The notes under the pieces are model-generated. The model was not told the origin of the DNA, made no database searches, and worked only from the letters and a program-made list of their open reading frames with translations. Of a stretch of 64,000 nucleotides of DNA, positions 63,321 through 64,000 are shown one piece after another. Source of the stretch: Candidatus Aenigmatarchaeota archaeon (GTDB taxonomy: Archaea > Aenigmatarchaeota > Aenigmatarchaeia > GW2011-AR5); NCBI GenBank assembly GCA_016180945.1, contig JACPAG010000001.1:19900-83899 (forward strand), in the 5' to 3' direction. The position numbers and the translations under genes are program-made. The first letter of the stretch is position 1, and each line of letters opens with the position of its first letter.

Positions 63321-63812
63321 TCAGCCGAATAGCGTTTCTACAGACCCTGTGACGAATCTGGCCGTTAAAACGATTAGCAGAAAAGCAGAAACCACGAGCA
63401 CCGTATAAAAATGGGATTTTTCTTTCAGAACTTTGGCGGCTATCATGAACGAGGGGAAGCAGATAAGAATAAAGCGGGAAAATCCCTCCAGTGTAGACGA
63501 CAGCAACGGGAGAATCATCATCAGGAACATGTAAACGCCGTAGCTCTTACGCATGTGCACGAATGCGTAGTACAGCGTTGATATGAAAAACGCCAATACG
63601 GACAAGTTCCAAAGGCTGTATGCAGCCAGCACAGGGCCCCGGAACAAAATCAATTCCATTGCGTTCATCAGAGCCACATGCGGCGAGCTCACCGTTCTCG
63701 ACCACAGGTTCTGCTGGTTGGCATAGCCGAACAGCGTTCCCGTAGTGAAGTAGGAGTATACGAAGAACAGCACAACACCTATTATTGTTGAAGATAAAGC
63801 TAATTCCCTCAT
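63321..63812 (-). CDS. integral membrane protein (glycosylation cluster)
   Basis: Start at MRELALSS chosen; the ORF-track extension runs into the stem-loop element. About 5 TM. Confidence 0.55.
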   Translation of the reverse strand: MRELALSSTIIGVVLFFVYSYFTTGTLFGYANQQNLWSRTVSSPHVALMNAMELILFRGPVLAAYSLWNLSVLAFFISTLYYAFVHMRKSYGVYMFLMMILPLLSSTLEGFSRFILICFPSFMIAAKVLKEKSHFYTVLVVSAFLLIVLTARFVTGSVETLFG

Positions 63813-63838
63813 GGTTAATCGTGTTAATTTAATTTTGT

Positions 63839-64000
63839 TATCCTCAAAGACATTGAAAACACACGACTTCAGTCGTGTGATGCAAGCAGAAGCTTCGCTT
63901 CTGCTGCACAGAAAGACTCCTAGAGTCTTTCTTGTGAAATACCAATGTCTTTTGGATCCTATCGTTGACAAACTCACAGCTTTAGCTGTGGGTTTATTAC
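63839..64000 (+). repeat. nested stem-loop element, family S, three internal hairpins (runs to window edge)
   Basis: Same 22-mer TATCCTCAAAGACATTGAAAAC. Then ACACACGAC-TTCA-GTCGTGTG, GCAGAAGC-TTC-GCTTCTGC and AGAAAGACTC-CTA-GAGTCTTTCT. Closing CAATGTCTTTTG, GGATCCTATCG, and CTCACAGC-TTTA-GCTGTGGG. Confidence 0.65.

Noticed and set aside
1-64000. rRNA genes, transposases/IS elements, integrases, cas genes
   Set aside because: No rRNA-like conserved stretches and no DDE/serine/tyrosine recombinase-like ORFs were seen. The AT-rich islands therefore lack an obvious mobility gene within this window.

Overview
Archaeal chromosomal segment. The evidence is an archaeal histone, RPA, RadA, Hjc, archaeal DnaG, Orc1/Cdc6, PolD small subunit, PolB, AglB, mevalonate-pathway genes and GGAGGTGA/GGTGAT-type SD sites. 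It probably comes from a small-genome uncultivated lineage (inference only). I call about 70 protein genes and one intron-containing tRNA-Gln. I found no rRNA and no CRISPR array. The backbone is housekeeping genes at roughly 50% GC (hand counts of sampled 60-nt lines). Visibly AT-rich islands interrupt it: 4.06-5.55 kb (485-aa orphan); 30.85-34.95 kb (two DNA methyltransferases, a restriction-enzyme candidate, a ParB-like protein); 43.5-47.6 kb (NurA-like nuclease + HerA-like ATPase + a DUF4338/DruA-like gene inserted into the mevalonate cluster, my best candidate for an undescribed defence-type system); and 54.05-54.65 kb (orphan between polD-small and polB). The non-coding layer is unusually rich. 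(1) An ATAAN-ATGGCNNTCGAC + covarying hairpin + GGG(G) module sits directly in front of at least nine unrelated genes, sometimes in tandem with a second CGACTGGAAGGAG module. (2) A family of nested stem-loop elements has an identical 22-mer and variable internal hairpins. (3) A ~470-bp array of phased TTCAC pentamers lies next to an Orc1/Cdc6-like AAA+ gene. (4) A classical ORB-type replication origin lies upstream of cdc6-polD. Also noted: split AglB, a frameshifted sugar nucleotidyltransferase, and several small unknown operons. All coordinates and motifs were read by eye; no database search or folding calculation was possible.
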